NCBI GenBank assembly: GCA_964016885.1
Contig: OZ024740.1
Span: forward strand, 86,056,001-86,120,000
Reading direction: 5' to 3'
Source of the DNA: Eledone cirrhosa
Lineage: Eukaryota
Length of the DNA: 64,000 nucleotides
The notes under the pieces: model-generated
What the model was told of the DNA's origin: nothing
The model's input: only the letters and a program-made list of their open reading frames with translations
Database searches by the model: none
Shown here: positions 38,600 through 52,000 of the stretch, one piece after another
Layout: the number at the start of each line of letters is the position of its first letter
Numbering within the stretch: the stretch's first letter is position 1
Translations under genes and position numbers: made by a program

Positions 38600-41500
38600 A
38601 TTATGTATGTACGCCTGCATGCATGCATGTGTAGATATGGATGTCATTGTATGTGTGGATGTGTATGTTTTGAGTTGTATGTGTGCATGTGTATATGTTT
38701 TGTATCTGTACATGTGTATATGCAGTTATTAGATGCAAAATCTTTGGAATGTTTACATATGTTTACTGTTCCATTAATGGATTGTACTTGTAATTTCCTA
38801 ACTAGTTGTGTTCTTTCTGTTCCTGTGAAGCCTAGCTTCTCAAGATTTGTATTGAGGCAGTTACTAACGTGCCCCAATAATTACAGGCATAAATCTGAAG
38901 GTGTAATCAGGGCGGAGTATCTGCAGATTTCTCATTAGTTCTGCATAAATATTCTCTTTTTCACTAATCTTTGATATTATATTGGCATCTGCTGGGCAGC
39001 TAATTTCCACTACGGTGCATGCTTTCTTCTTCCTAACCCATATCATAATATCTGGTCTGTTATGCCTGCATTTTATTGGGGTTTTTACTGGAACATTCCA
39101 CCAGTACTCTTCCATATTATGTATATGGATGTACGTGGATGTACGTGGATGTCACTGTTGATGTGGAAGTTTCCGGTGCTGTTCAGTATTTTTCGAGTTC
39201 CAACATCAACTGCTCGGATTTCGTCTATCGTCCAACTGAGTATTCCAAACGTTAGTGTTAGGACAGACACAGCAAACGCATTGTGAGCCACTGTTTTGTT
39301 TTGCGCAGAGAGTTCCGATGACCAGATCTTTCTTAATCGGGTGTAGTATTCCCTAGTTACGTGTTCCTTATTACAGATACCATTATAGGGTATGTTCTCA
39401 TCCAACCCCAGGTATATGTAGCAGTCCTCATCAGATATCGGTGGAACAGTTAGACCATTGATGACAATTTGCTAGATTGGGTTGTTGTTTTTGCCCGCTT
39501 TACAGTCATGTATGAGCATTTATCTTGGCCAAACTCCATTCCTATATCCTTTGAGAACGTTGTAACCAGGTCAAGATTTTTCTTCATCCCATCCATGTTC
39601 TTGGCATAGAGTTTCAGATCGTCCACAAAGAAATTATGGGTTATGTTCATATTTCTGTCCTCCTGTGAGCCAATGATGTATCCCTCACATTTCTTGAGCA
39701 GAAAGGACAAGGGCTTTACTGACAAGATGATTAATATCACAGAGAGACTGTCTCCCTGAAATATACCCCTGCGATATTTTATTTTATCTGTTTTTAACCT
39801 TAGGATAGTAGACCAAGAAGAAGACAGCTTCTCTATAGCTCTGACAATAATGTCTGGGACTTTAGCAAGTTGGAGGGCTTCTATCATCCAAGAGTGGGGA
39901 ACAGAATCGAAAGCTTTCCTGAAGTCCAGCCAGACTGTATCCATATTCCTCCTAAGTTGTCGCACCTCCGACATCGCAGTTTTGTTGATTAGGAGTTGTT
40001 CAGCACATCCCCAAACCCCTTTCTTTTCAGCTGCTTGTTCATCTGTGATGATGTTATTATTTTCACAGTGATTCTGAGGAATAGGTTCAGGCAGGCTGTA
40101 TACATCTTATACATCAGGTTCTGGCATGCAATTGGTCGGTAGTTTTTTGCCAAGTGGGTATCTTTGTTCTTGAGGACCAGTAATGTTTGTGCTAATGTCA
40201 ACCATTCTGGTATAAGTGTATCTCCCTCAGAACTTGTTGGTAGAGGTCAGTAAGATACCTCCGATAGAATATTAGTTTTTTGTACCAGTAGCCGATAATC
40301 ATGTCTCTTCCTGGTGTTTTCTTATCTTGGAGTTTTCCTATCACAGTCTCAACGGTACCCTCACTTATTTCCTTATTTCCTATGTTTTTGTTGTAGTGTA
40401 GGAGCAATAGTTCTTTCGGATTTCTCTTAGCCACACTGCATCTTGGTTAAAATTCTTCTTTTCACCCCATATTTTGCTCCAAAATGTCTTTCTGGGATGG
40501 GGCCACAGTGACACTTATTATTTTGTTCTTCATATCTCTATAGACTGATGTTTGTTTTCGTCTGAATCCTTTATTAAACAATTTTCTCTCATTTACCTTC
40601 TTCAGGTATCGGCTCTTTTCGCTAACAGCTCTCAATTCTTGTTTGAGGGTGATCAGCTTATATTGAAGAGTTCTGGTTCTACTGTTACCAAACATCGTGT
40701 CTATTTTATTTTTCACTCTTTGTTGGTGAGGATGAGGTTTTTTGTGTTTGTTTGCATATAAGGGGCATTGTCACATATCCTATGGTTTTTCGTAGGTCAG
40801 AAATCTTTTTTTCTATTTTAGTTATATATGATGGTACTTTTGGTGGTGTTCTGTTCTTGTTAATATCTCTGCTATCGCCAAGATAATGCTTCACTGTCGT
40901 TGCTAAGGCGTATAAACAGGCGTTGATTTGCCAAAATGTTGGGGTTTTTATCTGTCGTAAGTATTCATCCCCTATTTCGTCAATAACACGTAATATTTCA
41001 TTATTTGGTTTTTTTTTTATTAAACATTGTCAGCAAGAGAGATATTTATACATGAGTTAATTTCTTTCTGGAAGATCTCGTTGAGGGAAATTTTCAATTG
41101 TTTATACTTTTGATTATCATTATCGATAGTATTTTCCACAACAGTCGAGGTAGACTCGGATGGTACACGTGGTGTCTAATTTCTTCGATTATTATTATTA
41201 TTTCTTCAATTATTATTATTATTATCGATAGTGTTTTCCCCAGCATTCGAGGTAGACTTAGAAGGTACAGGCGGTGTCAAGTTTCTTACAGACATAGTTG
41301 TTTCAAGGCGCTGTTCGACCTGGCTGCTAGGATGTCTGGTAGCATGGCCACCTGTAGCACGTGTTGTTGATCCCATGTTTGTTGTGGGCGACTTACAATT
41401 AATACGACTTATCTTATTTTTACGTTCAACAAACGTCGCTTGTTGACGTAATTGTTTCGCTGTGTAATAATTTAGCTCTGGGTGCATTTCGTCCCAGTGT

Positions 41501-41890
41501 AGCTTCATTATGTTCATATAGCCAATGGAGGGATTGTTTTATTTGCCATTTTATAACAATTAAATAAATCATTATTAAGTTCGCAACTCCAAGAGAAATG
41601 CGATTTATAATTTTGGTTTCTTCTGTAGCTACAACTGAATAAAGTTTGTTTACCTTTCTTGTTGTTTATCTTCGAGACTACCTTATTTTTTTTGTTGATG
41701 TTGTGTTCAGCCATGCTGTTTGTAGCAAATCCTTGTAAAGTGAATTATGTATTTAGTCGGATATCTCTACGAATTCGAATAAATGATGTCATCAGAAGAT
41801 ATAGTTAGAAGAATAACCAGTTATTCAACATGACTGTAGTTGTGGCATTACTGTCGGAGATAGTATTCATCTTAAATTTAATAATTATTA
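38600..41890 (-). mobile_element. Decayed Dong/R4-like non-LTR retrotransposon (RT + restriction-like endonuclease)
   Basis: Fragments NYRPIAC, WLDFRKAFDSVPH, GIFQGDSLS, FFVDDLKLY, HNRPDIMIW..VVEISCP..K; many frameshifts; internal deletion near 39130. Confidence 0.85.
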
Positions 41891-41972
41891 AACATAATAT
41901 ACACATACACACACACACTCATGTATGAGTGTGTGTGTGTATGTGTTGAACGGTAAGTTTTTACCGGTTGCG

Positions 41973-42014
<42 letters not shown>

Positions 42015-42235
42015 CGCAACCGGTAAAAACTTAAAACTAAAACTGAATACTCACCAATACTTATTACTAATTTTTACTTATTCCTAATTAAACTATTTTT
42101 CACTGGGAACAATTTGACAGCATTTTTCTTTTCCTTTTACCAATATATCACAACTCGTGTGTTATACCTCTATTCTTTTAAATATATATAATACATATAA
42201 TATATATATAATACATATATATATATATATATATG

Positions 42236-42292
<57 letters not shown>

Positions 42293-42793
42293 CATTCATA
42301 TACACACATATACATACATACTTATATATATATATGAATGAATATATATATACCTCCATACGTATATACATACATACAATATATACATGCATACATACAA
42401 TATATATATATATGCATACATACATACATACATTCATACATACATATATGTTTCCCAGCCTACTGCTTAAGTCACATATCACGCTAACGCAAGATTTGTG
42501 CTGACCAAGAATAATGGTGTATTTCTTCCACCATATTGCTACATATTCTGTTTTTGAGATATGTTATAATTCCTAAATAGTAGACAAACGAGAAAAATAT
42601 CTAATAAGATTGGATAGTTATACTTTCACTCAAATGGTTTCAACTAACTGATTTTAGTAATCTCACCACTTCATCTAGCATTAATAGCTTTCGTCTCCTG
42701 ATAAATACTACTTACGTCTTTACACCCACATGGAGGCACGCACGCACACTCACACATACAGATACATACAGGCACACGCAAAAAACCCACACA

Positions 42794-42834
<41 letters not shown>

Positions 42835-42874
42835 ATGTATGTATATATGTATATATAATGTACATATATATGTC

Positions 42875-43285
42875 GCATGGTCGAGTCGTCGGCGACTAAA
42901 CCGACAACCCAACCAAGTTTACCTGGTGAGGGGAGTGATTTTGGATACTCTGCAGGACAAAAAACAAAACCTGACAAAGGGCGGAAGAACTCAAAAGAGT
43001 CAACAGCCATCCGAAAGTGTGTAAATATGTATATACACATGTACCACGTGGTTAAACCACTGGGAGTGAAGAACCCCTAGCCTTTATCAAGGCATTCTTC
43101 TAGGAGAAGGCAATTCAGAAAACTGGGATAACTCCGATATAAAACCTGCGGCTCAGTATTTACCGATGATGTTGATCTTTTCTTCTTTTCGGGTTATAGC
43201 TACTGTCGCTCAGAGAGTGGGATTGGCTCGGTGCACAGTCTTTCCTCACTTTAAAAAATATTTTCACGCACAAGCATTGCACGAT
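42875..43285 (+). mobile_element. RTE-derived non-autonomous repeat (also 48810-49044 and 29600-29720 -)
   Basis: Multi-copy homology within the window; ctaggagaagg..aactc motif resembles RTE 5' regions. Confidence 0.7.
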
Positions 43286-43296
43286 AGAATTAATTA

Positions 43297-43480
43297 ATTG
43301 TTTCTATTTTAGGCACAAGGCCAGCAATTACTCTTTACATTACTGGTACTTTTTTTTATAGACCCCGTAAGGATGAAAGGCAAAGTTAACCTCGGCGGGA
43401 TTTGAACTCAGATCATAAAGGGACGTAACTCTATGCTTCAAAGCATGGTGTCCGACTCTCTACCGATACTGCCAATCCAG
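43297..43480 (-). mobile_element. tRNA-derived octopus-type SINE (second copy 48362-48515)
   Basis: gaccccgtaaggatgaaaggcaaagttaacctcggcgggatttgaactcaga; B-box-like gagttcaaatccc on minus. Confidence 0.7.
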
Positions 43481-43587
43481 ATAATTATTAATAATGGTAT
43501 AACATGCAATGGCGAAACTCGATAACGAGGGGGAAACCATCATCATGTATGTATGTATATATATATATACATATATATATATGTATG

Positions 43588-43663
<76 letters not shown>

Positions 43664-43688
43664 ATATATATAATATATATATATAATA

Positions 43689-43728
<40 letters not shown>

Positions 43729-43734
43729 TATATG

Positions 43735-43777
<43 letters not shown>

Positions 43778-43783
43778 TATATG

Positions 43784-43878
<95 letters not shown>

Positions 43879-44128
43879 TATATATATATGCATGAATATA
43901 TATATATATATATAATATATATAGGAACGAGTAGGACCCCGACGGCTGAGCTCAAGCCGTTTCGACGTCCAGAATTAGCCGTCGAAACGGCTTGAGCTCA
44001 GCCGTCGGGGTCCTACTCGTTCCTATTACCCACTCTACTACCCTAAGTATTGAGTACTTTGGTGCGTTATGGTCCACCTGGTTCCTTACCACATTTCCTT
44101 CGTTATCTTATATATATATATGTTTATA

Positions 44129-44159
<31 letters not shown>

Positions 44160-44250
44160 GTAATAATAATAAATTTGAAGACTAAAATCCAAAGAGGGCT
44201 CGATAATGATAAATATATATCAAATATATAAGAACCGTAGAGCAAATATT

Positions 44251-46291
44251 TATTAAAATAACAGATTAAACTTTAAGCAAAGAATCGCTGCTTTCACCCT
44301 TAACGGGATCTTCTGAAACTAACAAAGTCAATCTGTAAACGCAGAAGTGGATATTTCAAAAAACGTTGCAACCGGAGGAAGACAGGAAGACGATACTTTG
44401 GTTCGTGGAAACGTTCGCTGGCAAAGAACGGAAAAAAACGAATATAATACGTCATTAATAGGAGCGGTGAAAAACAATTACGCGCAAAGACAGAACCACG
44501 TTAATGGTATAAAAGAGGTCGTAGACTAATGTTCTCTTAGGTGGTTCATAGAGACGTTCTCTGGCAATGAACGAAATAAACGAAGAAAATACGTCATAAG
44601 TGGAGCGGGGAGAACAATAGCACGCAAAGACAAAACCACGTAAATGGTATAGCAGAAGTCGTAGACTAAAATTCTAACTAGGAGACCGAATGAATCTCCG
44701 CTACAAAGTTAAGAACAAAGTAAATAAATACAATACAGAAGTAATAGAAATAAATAAATACATACACGCAAACAAATACGTACATACACAAGCATACGCA
44801 AAACCTTACCATAGGTATACAAAACCACGCACATATAAATATGTGCGTGTGTGTATGCGTGTATACAAATAAATAAATAAATATATAAACGCATATAAAT
44901 AAATAAATACGTATATAACAAGCGCACACACACATACCTACATGTAAATACACGAATGTTCGGAGACATAAGGCAACCAAAACATGAAGTACACATATAC
45001 ACAGACCCTACATACGTACGAACCTGCATACTCAGACAGACGCGAAACTCCCGTATACACAAAGCCAAACCATATGTACCAGAATATATAAAATTATACG
45101 CCATAACATAAACAATCAAATATACGTACGAGAAGGTATACGTACCTTCACAAAACATACGGGTAATATATACTTACCTATGCAAATAAGTAATGGTATA
45201 AACAAAACATATACTTAGCTCCCACATCAAGACGTAAAATATCCGCGTAAAGATCGTACTATCCGTTAGGGTATAACGTGGGGCTGTAATACAGGAAAGT
45301 TTTGTGCAATTTATGTTTACAAGCCGAAATTGCCTCAGATTTTTGTTTAAGATGTGGTCTGTGGCGTAGAGTATTTCCAGGGCCTCACCGGCGCACAGGT
45401 CACATGGTCTTTTATTTCCGTTATACGATCTAGGCCTAGCTAGGATCTCCCAGTGTAACTTATATTGGGTGTGGTTGTCTTTTAGACTCCAGATATAAGC
45501 TGAAAGTGACGTCATATTCCTTCTTAGAGGATAACGAAAAGAATGGGTATGCATGTAAAGACGCTGCTTGAATCTATTGGCGGTTAACCCTATGTAGGCC
45601 CTACGGGACGTGGGTGTTACAACCTTTCATTTGTAGACTATGTTACTAGAGAGGCATTTCCCGGATAGGGGGCAATCAACCCGATTCCTACAATTACAGT
45701 TAGTACTAACTACAGGGTTGCACGTGTTCCTACGGCTAGGTAGTTTAGCTAAATTTGAAGCTGAGATGTTATGTGCAAGGTTAGGAGTCGTAGAGTAAGA
45801 AATTTTAATAGTATTTCTATTAAAAATTTTACTATGTTTATGTGTAGGGGGAAAATGCTTCGTAATAAGGTAAAGAAAGATCTTAGCTAATGGTGTGGCC
45901 ACCTCCATATTATATGGTGGGTTATACCAACAAATGCGACGGGATCTATTTCTTCTAGGTCTATTTTCGTACTCCGTATATGCTACCTTATCGACAAATC
46001 CACTTCGAGCAAGAGCTTCATTGTAATAAGTGGAATGGTCGTTGAAAATACGCTCGTTGGTGGAAAGACGGGAAAACCTCAACGAAACGTTTCTCACCAG
46101 GTTCTTGGTTATGCTGGCAGGATGGTTGGAATGCTTACTTATGTAATTAAGCGTAACATTCGGCTTTCTATACGGGTAATACAACTCATTCGATAAATTG
46201 AGGGGAACGTCGAGGTAATTAACGACCGAGAGATTGGCCTCAACCTGTATAGAGAGGTTGAAGCCTTCTTTGCTTAAACTTTAATCTGTTA

Positions 46292-46299
<8 letters not shown>
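44251..46299 (-). mobile_element. Naiad-like PLE, 5'-truncated in the RT C-terminus, with a 34-bp inverted terminal piece (46266-46299)
   Basis: VNYLDV.LNL..YYPYRKPN..SNHP, WYNPPY, CNCR..CPL.GKC, GIY-YIG; in-frame TGA at 45627-45629 and a frameshift near 45340. Confidence 0.88.
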
Positions 46300-46378
<79 letters not shown>

Positions 46379-46920
46379 TATATATATATACATACATATA
46401 TATATATAAATATATACAGATGCATATCAATGCTAGCAAATATATAGGTTTTGTCTTAATAACAGTGTGGTTCAATGCATGGGGTTGCAGAACAATAATA
46501 TAAGAGACGTAAAATAAGAAAATTATAAAATTAACTTACTTTCTTCAACCCCATGCATTGAACCACACTGTTATTAAGACAAAACCTATATATTTGCTCG
46601 CATTGATATGCATCTGTATGTATATATATGTTACTAGATATGAATTCTTTATTATTATCTCCAAATTAATGGTCGAGCAATATTGGCCATGACTGCTGCT
46701 ACGGTAGCAGGCAGGCCGCTGTCTTATTAGCAAACCACTTTCCACTGATTGACCGCGATGTCACGTGTTCGATTCTTTTTGAATTTGCTACAGACGTAGA
46801 GGCAGTGATTTTCTCAATGGCTTGGAATTCAGTCCACGCTTCGCTATTTCCTATCCACTGAATTATTTTTTAATAAGTTTCCAGTGTCCTCGCTTTGCCT
46901 GGAAACTTACATGAGAATAG

Positions 46921-47003
46921 ACTTTCCTGACGACGGAATACTTCTCTATATTATTCTTCGGAAAATATATTTACTCCATTCCAGAAACTAATTAGTTGGA
47001 AGT
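46921..47003 (+). ncRNA. Hammerhead with long stem II and palindromic stem III
   Basis: ACUUUC-CUGACGA-C-GGAAU...AUUCC-A-GAAA-CUAAUUAG-UU-GGAAGU. Confidence 0.78.
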
Positions 47004-47088
47004 GATATTTTAGTAAGTAAGTTAATTTTATAATTTTCTTATTTTACGTCTCTTACATACATATATATATATATATATATATACATAC

Positions 47089-47150
<62 letters not shown>

Positions 47151-47205
47151 TACATACATATTTATATATATATATATTATATATATATACATACATATAT
47201 ATATA

Positions 47206-47250
<45 letters not shown>

Positions 47251-47269
47251 CATACATGTATATATATAT

Positions 47270-47373
<104 letters not shown>

Positions 47374-47587
47374 TATATATATGTATGTATGTATATGTAT
47401 GTATGTATGTATGTATATATATGTATGTATGTATATATGTCAGGTCACCAGTTGGTGATATCCTCGATGTTAGTTCTGCAGAGTCTGCACTTGTTATCAC
47501 ATCTAGGTGTTTTGCGTATGTATGTATGTATGTATGTATGTATGTATGTATGTATGTATGTATGTATGTATGTATGTATGTATGTTG

Positions 47588-48179
47588 GTGCTACTGGTAA
47601 CATGTATCCCAGTACAACCTGTCTCATGGTCGGGTCGTTGTAGACTAAACTGGCAACCCCACCAAGGTTTCTTGGTGAGGAGGGTGACTTTGGAAATCCT
47701 GCCGGACTAAAAACAAAACCTGTCAAAGGGCAAAGGAGCTCTTAAGAGTCAATGGCCATCCAAAATCACTGGGAGATGACCCCTTAGCCTTTGTCAAGCC
47801 AGAATTCTAGGAGAAGGAAAACTCTGATATAACACCTGCAACTCTGATGGTATCCAATGATGTTGACTTGTTCTTCTTTTTGGTAAATATCATCTTGGTT
47901 AAGAGAGTGCGACTGGCTTTGTGCAGTGCCTTTGCTCACTATAAAAGCTTCACGGCACAAGCATTGCTTTATATCTGGAGATCTCTCTGCACTTGTCGTC
48001 ACATGGTACCATGGGCCCAGCACTATGTATCAATAATTGTCACAAGTGTAGTGTTTGTACCAGAGTTTTCAAGTCGCTGGCTGGACTAAAAAGTCACACT
48101 CGTTCAGCCCATCGGTAGGGGTTCTCCTACATGGATATAAAGTAGTGGCCGTACACGAAGACGAGTTGGCAGCCACCAT
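47588..48179 (+). mobile_element. Bipartite RTE-derived non-autonomous element ending in a C2H2 remnant
   Basis: 5' part is shared with the 42875 family; ~48046-48117 reads CSVCTRVFKSLAGLKSHTRSAHR*, then a short UTR and TA/TATG tail. Confidence 0.75.
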
Positions 48180-49096
48180 GTATATATATATATGTATGTA
48201 TGTATGTATATATAGGGAAAAAAAAAAAAGAAAAAACTCAAAATAACAAAACACACACACACACGCACAAAACACAACAACAACATCAACTGCCACCACC
48301 ACCACTGCCGCTGCCGCCATCACCATCACCAGCGACCGGGCCTTAAGAAAACAACTTTAATAATAATTTTTCTGCTTTTGGCACGGATCCAGCGACTGGC
48401 CCAGCGCATCACTGTTACTCTCTTTTGTTGACTCCGTGGGGATGAAAGGCAAGGTTGACCTCGGCGGGATTTGAGCTCAGAGCGTGGAGGGCCGTGACTC
48501 TATGCTGTAAAGCAATTATAATAATACTGGACTGTAGTACGATCGGCTTCAACTATACAAACTCTTGAAAGTCAACAGTTGACATAATCTTGTAATCTTG
48601 TATCAGTAATGACGGTAATATATATATATATGTGTGTGTAAGTGAGTAGAGTAGCGTGTGTGTGTTTGTTTGTATGTATGAGTGTTGCTGTGTGCGCGCA
48701 TATGTATGCGCGTGTGTGTATGTCGTACGTATAAGTGTCAATAAGTGATTTTTTTTTTTTTTTTTTGCGCGGGGACATAGAAATAATCTGGCTGGATGCC
48801 CGATCGCGCAGTTAAACCACTGGAAGTGAAGAACCCCTAGCCCTTGTCAGGGCATTCTTCTAGGAGAAGGCATCTCAGGAAACTAGGTTAACTCCGACAT
48901 AAAACCTGCGGCTCAGTAGTTACCGATGATGTTGATCTTTTCTTCTTTTCGGGTTATAGCTACTGTCGCTCAGAGAGTGGGATTGGCTCAGTGCACAGTC
49001 TTTCCTCACTTTAAAAATATTCGTCACGCACAGGCATTGCACGAGTGCATTAATAATTATTAATAGTGTACTATTATTATTATTATTATTATTATT

Positions 49097-52000
49097 GAAT
49101 GCTATGGTTGACGGAGGCTCGGCTCTGTAAGGTATTGTAAATTTTGAACACTATAACAATTGTAAATTGTTTAAAACTTTAACGAACTTGTAGACAAAAA
49201 CACCCTCCTCCTCGTGAGAGGGGTCTTTCTGCCCGTTATTTGGCCTTTCGGGGTTAAATAACTGCTTATTGGGGTCTTGTACCCAATATTTATTTCAAAC
49301 AAAAAAAAAAAACAACATGGCTACGAAAAAGAAATTTCATAGGTCACTCCCACTCATTCCGTCTTCTTCTTCCTCAATCATCACTACAGCAGAGAGAAGA
49401 TTGTCTCTCTCCCTCCCTTCTCTTTCGCAAGCGACGAAAGAAAAGAAAAGTCTCGTGCAAAGCGTCAAGGTTTCTCCACGACGACGACGACAGCGACGAA
49501 ACAGGTGTGCGGAAAATACGAAAACCCAGTTCATTCGTCTGACGTCAGGAATAATAGCAGTAGCAGCCGTAATAACAACAGCAACAGTGACAATGAAAAC
49601 AACAGTAGCAGCCGCAACAGCATCACCAGCAGCATAAACAACGACAGCATTAGCAGCAGCAACACCAACAACAACCACAGCAACAGCGGCGGAGGCAGTA
49701 GCCGTAGTACCTGCAGCAACAACAAAAGTAACAGTAGCTCTGACGACAACAACAACAGCAGCAAAGAAAAACCAATCTCATTTGCAGGTATTGCGAAAAA
49801 CTTGGAAACAATCCTCATAACAAATGAGGAATTAGAGGAAGCGAAGAAGATGGTGACAAACACCGGACACCGAGCAATCTGCAAGGCAGCGGAAACATTT
49901 TTCGAAACCCAACAGCACTGTACGGTCACGTACCGTACAGTAAGTACAAAATCCCGTAGGGTGGAAAGAGCCACAGAGGCTCAAATACAAAAAGCCTTGG
50001 GGTCTGTGTGGCAGCGGAAAACGCACATCACCCGAGGCAAAAAAATATGCCACCGTAGACGTACTTTTTGCCACACCCCAGGAGGCAAAGGCCCAATCCG
50101 TAGTGACCCTAAGGAATGAGGAAATGGTGTTGGTGCTCTCCTACTGCGGGCAAAAAATTGTGAGGGTCAAACTGACCCACGTCCCCCCCTGGATGGCCCC
50201 TTCTTGGCTGGCCGCGTCTGTCCTCGTCGGAATCGAGAACAAAACAACTGTACTGCAAGTACAGAAAAAAGTAAGAGAAGATTGGGTCGGCACCTCCATT
50301 GAGATGCTAATCCAAACCAACCAGGAGTGCATCGAAGCTATCCCGGATGTGATAGACTTCGATAACGGCACTCAACTGCCCATAAGTGTTGAGGGAAAAC
50401 GCCCGAAATGCTTTCGCTGTGGATCGAAGACTCACCTCAGGGCCTACTGCAACGAGAAGACCCTGGGAAAGGAGAAAACCCCCTCCTTCCGAAACCGGCT
50501 CCACGGCTACCAGCAACAGGACAAGCGGCAACCAGGAACGATAGATCCGTGGCACCCATACCCACGCCACGGAAATCAAAAACAGCAGCAGCAGTGGAAA
50601 TATTAACAACAACAACAGCAATACCAAATGCAGCTGCAACAGAGACTCCAGTGCAAACATCACCAACAAGAACAAGTGAAAGAGTGGAGCTGGTACCCCT
50701 CCCCGACCTCACAGAATCAGACATGGAGTGTGTGGTGGGAGAGGGATGGCAAAAGGTCGTAAGAAGGCACAAACGCAGAAGCAGCGCATCGTCGCCTTTG
50801 ATAAGGGAGGAAAGAAATGAGAAAAGGGTAAAGTCTACTGCAAAGAGACCCACAGCAGCAACACCACCAACACCATCACCACCCGCACTAGCACCACCTT
50901 CACCACCGGCGACAACCCCACCGCCAACAACACCTTCAACACCACCACCACAAGCACCAACATCGCAAACGCAACAACAAAACACACACACCCAGCAACA
51001 ACGACAAGAAAATAGCAGAACCACACCCACCCCCAGAAAAACAAATGCACGGCAATAAATACACAGAACAAGAAACTAATGACTTACATAATTGAACACA
51101 CAGACATTTCACAACACGACTACATAATACCAGCACCAATCAAAACGCCAACTAACATAAGACTGCTAAAAATAGCACAGAAACAATACACAAACATTAA
51201 AACGAAATTCCCCAACGCAGTTGGTGATTTCAGGGACCTAGGAGGAACTATCAATCGAAGAGTATATTCAGACATTCTCATAGAAGAGCCGACGACCAGC
51301 CGAAGGGACGATTCAACGGTCCCTTCACCAAACGATCAAGTGAAAAGGGATGTAAAAACCATCCCTCCTCTACGAAAAGTACGGTAAGTGGTCTTTCCCA
51401 TCTTTTCCACTCTATTTTAAACATGACCTCACTCAGAATAGGCAGCATAAATGCGCGTGGCTTGGGGTCGTCATGGAAGCAGGGTCACCTGCTCAACGAC
51501 CTCAGGTCACTAAACATAGATGTAGTGGCCATCAGCGAGACCAGAATCTCCGAAGCACGGGCCTTCGCACCGATCTTCGGCGGCTAGGATGTGTACGCAT
51601 CTCCCAGCCGTCCTGGATCGGGGGGAGGAGTTGCTGTGCTTTTTCGGAGAGGTTTGGATCTCGCCATACGGGCCATCTTCCTGGACCCAGAGGGTAAACT
51701 GGTGGTGCTGGACGTGACCAGCGGAGACGGGAAAGCTTCAGGCTAGTGGCCGTCTATGCCCCGACAGGAGCACGGCGGCCTGATTTCTTCCGGCGTCTGG
51801 AGACCCTTCTTGGAACGTCCCGCTCTTTAGTGTTAGTGGGCGACTGGAACGGGATCTTAGATGCACGCTGGGAATGTGTGGGATTAGCGGATAGGGGTGG
51901 AGGGTTCAAGAGCCTCACCAACCTGCTCATGCGTTTTGAACTGTCTGACAGATACCGATTGGATTTCCCGAATGTGCCAATGTGGACTTGGACAAATCGC

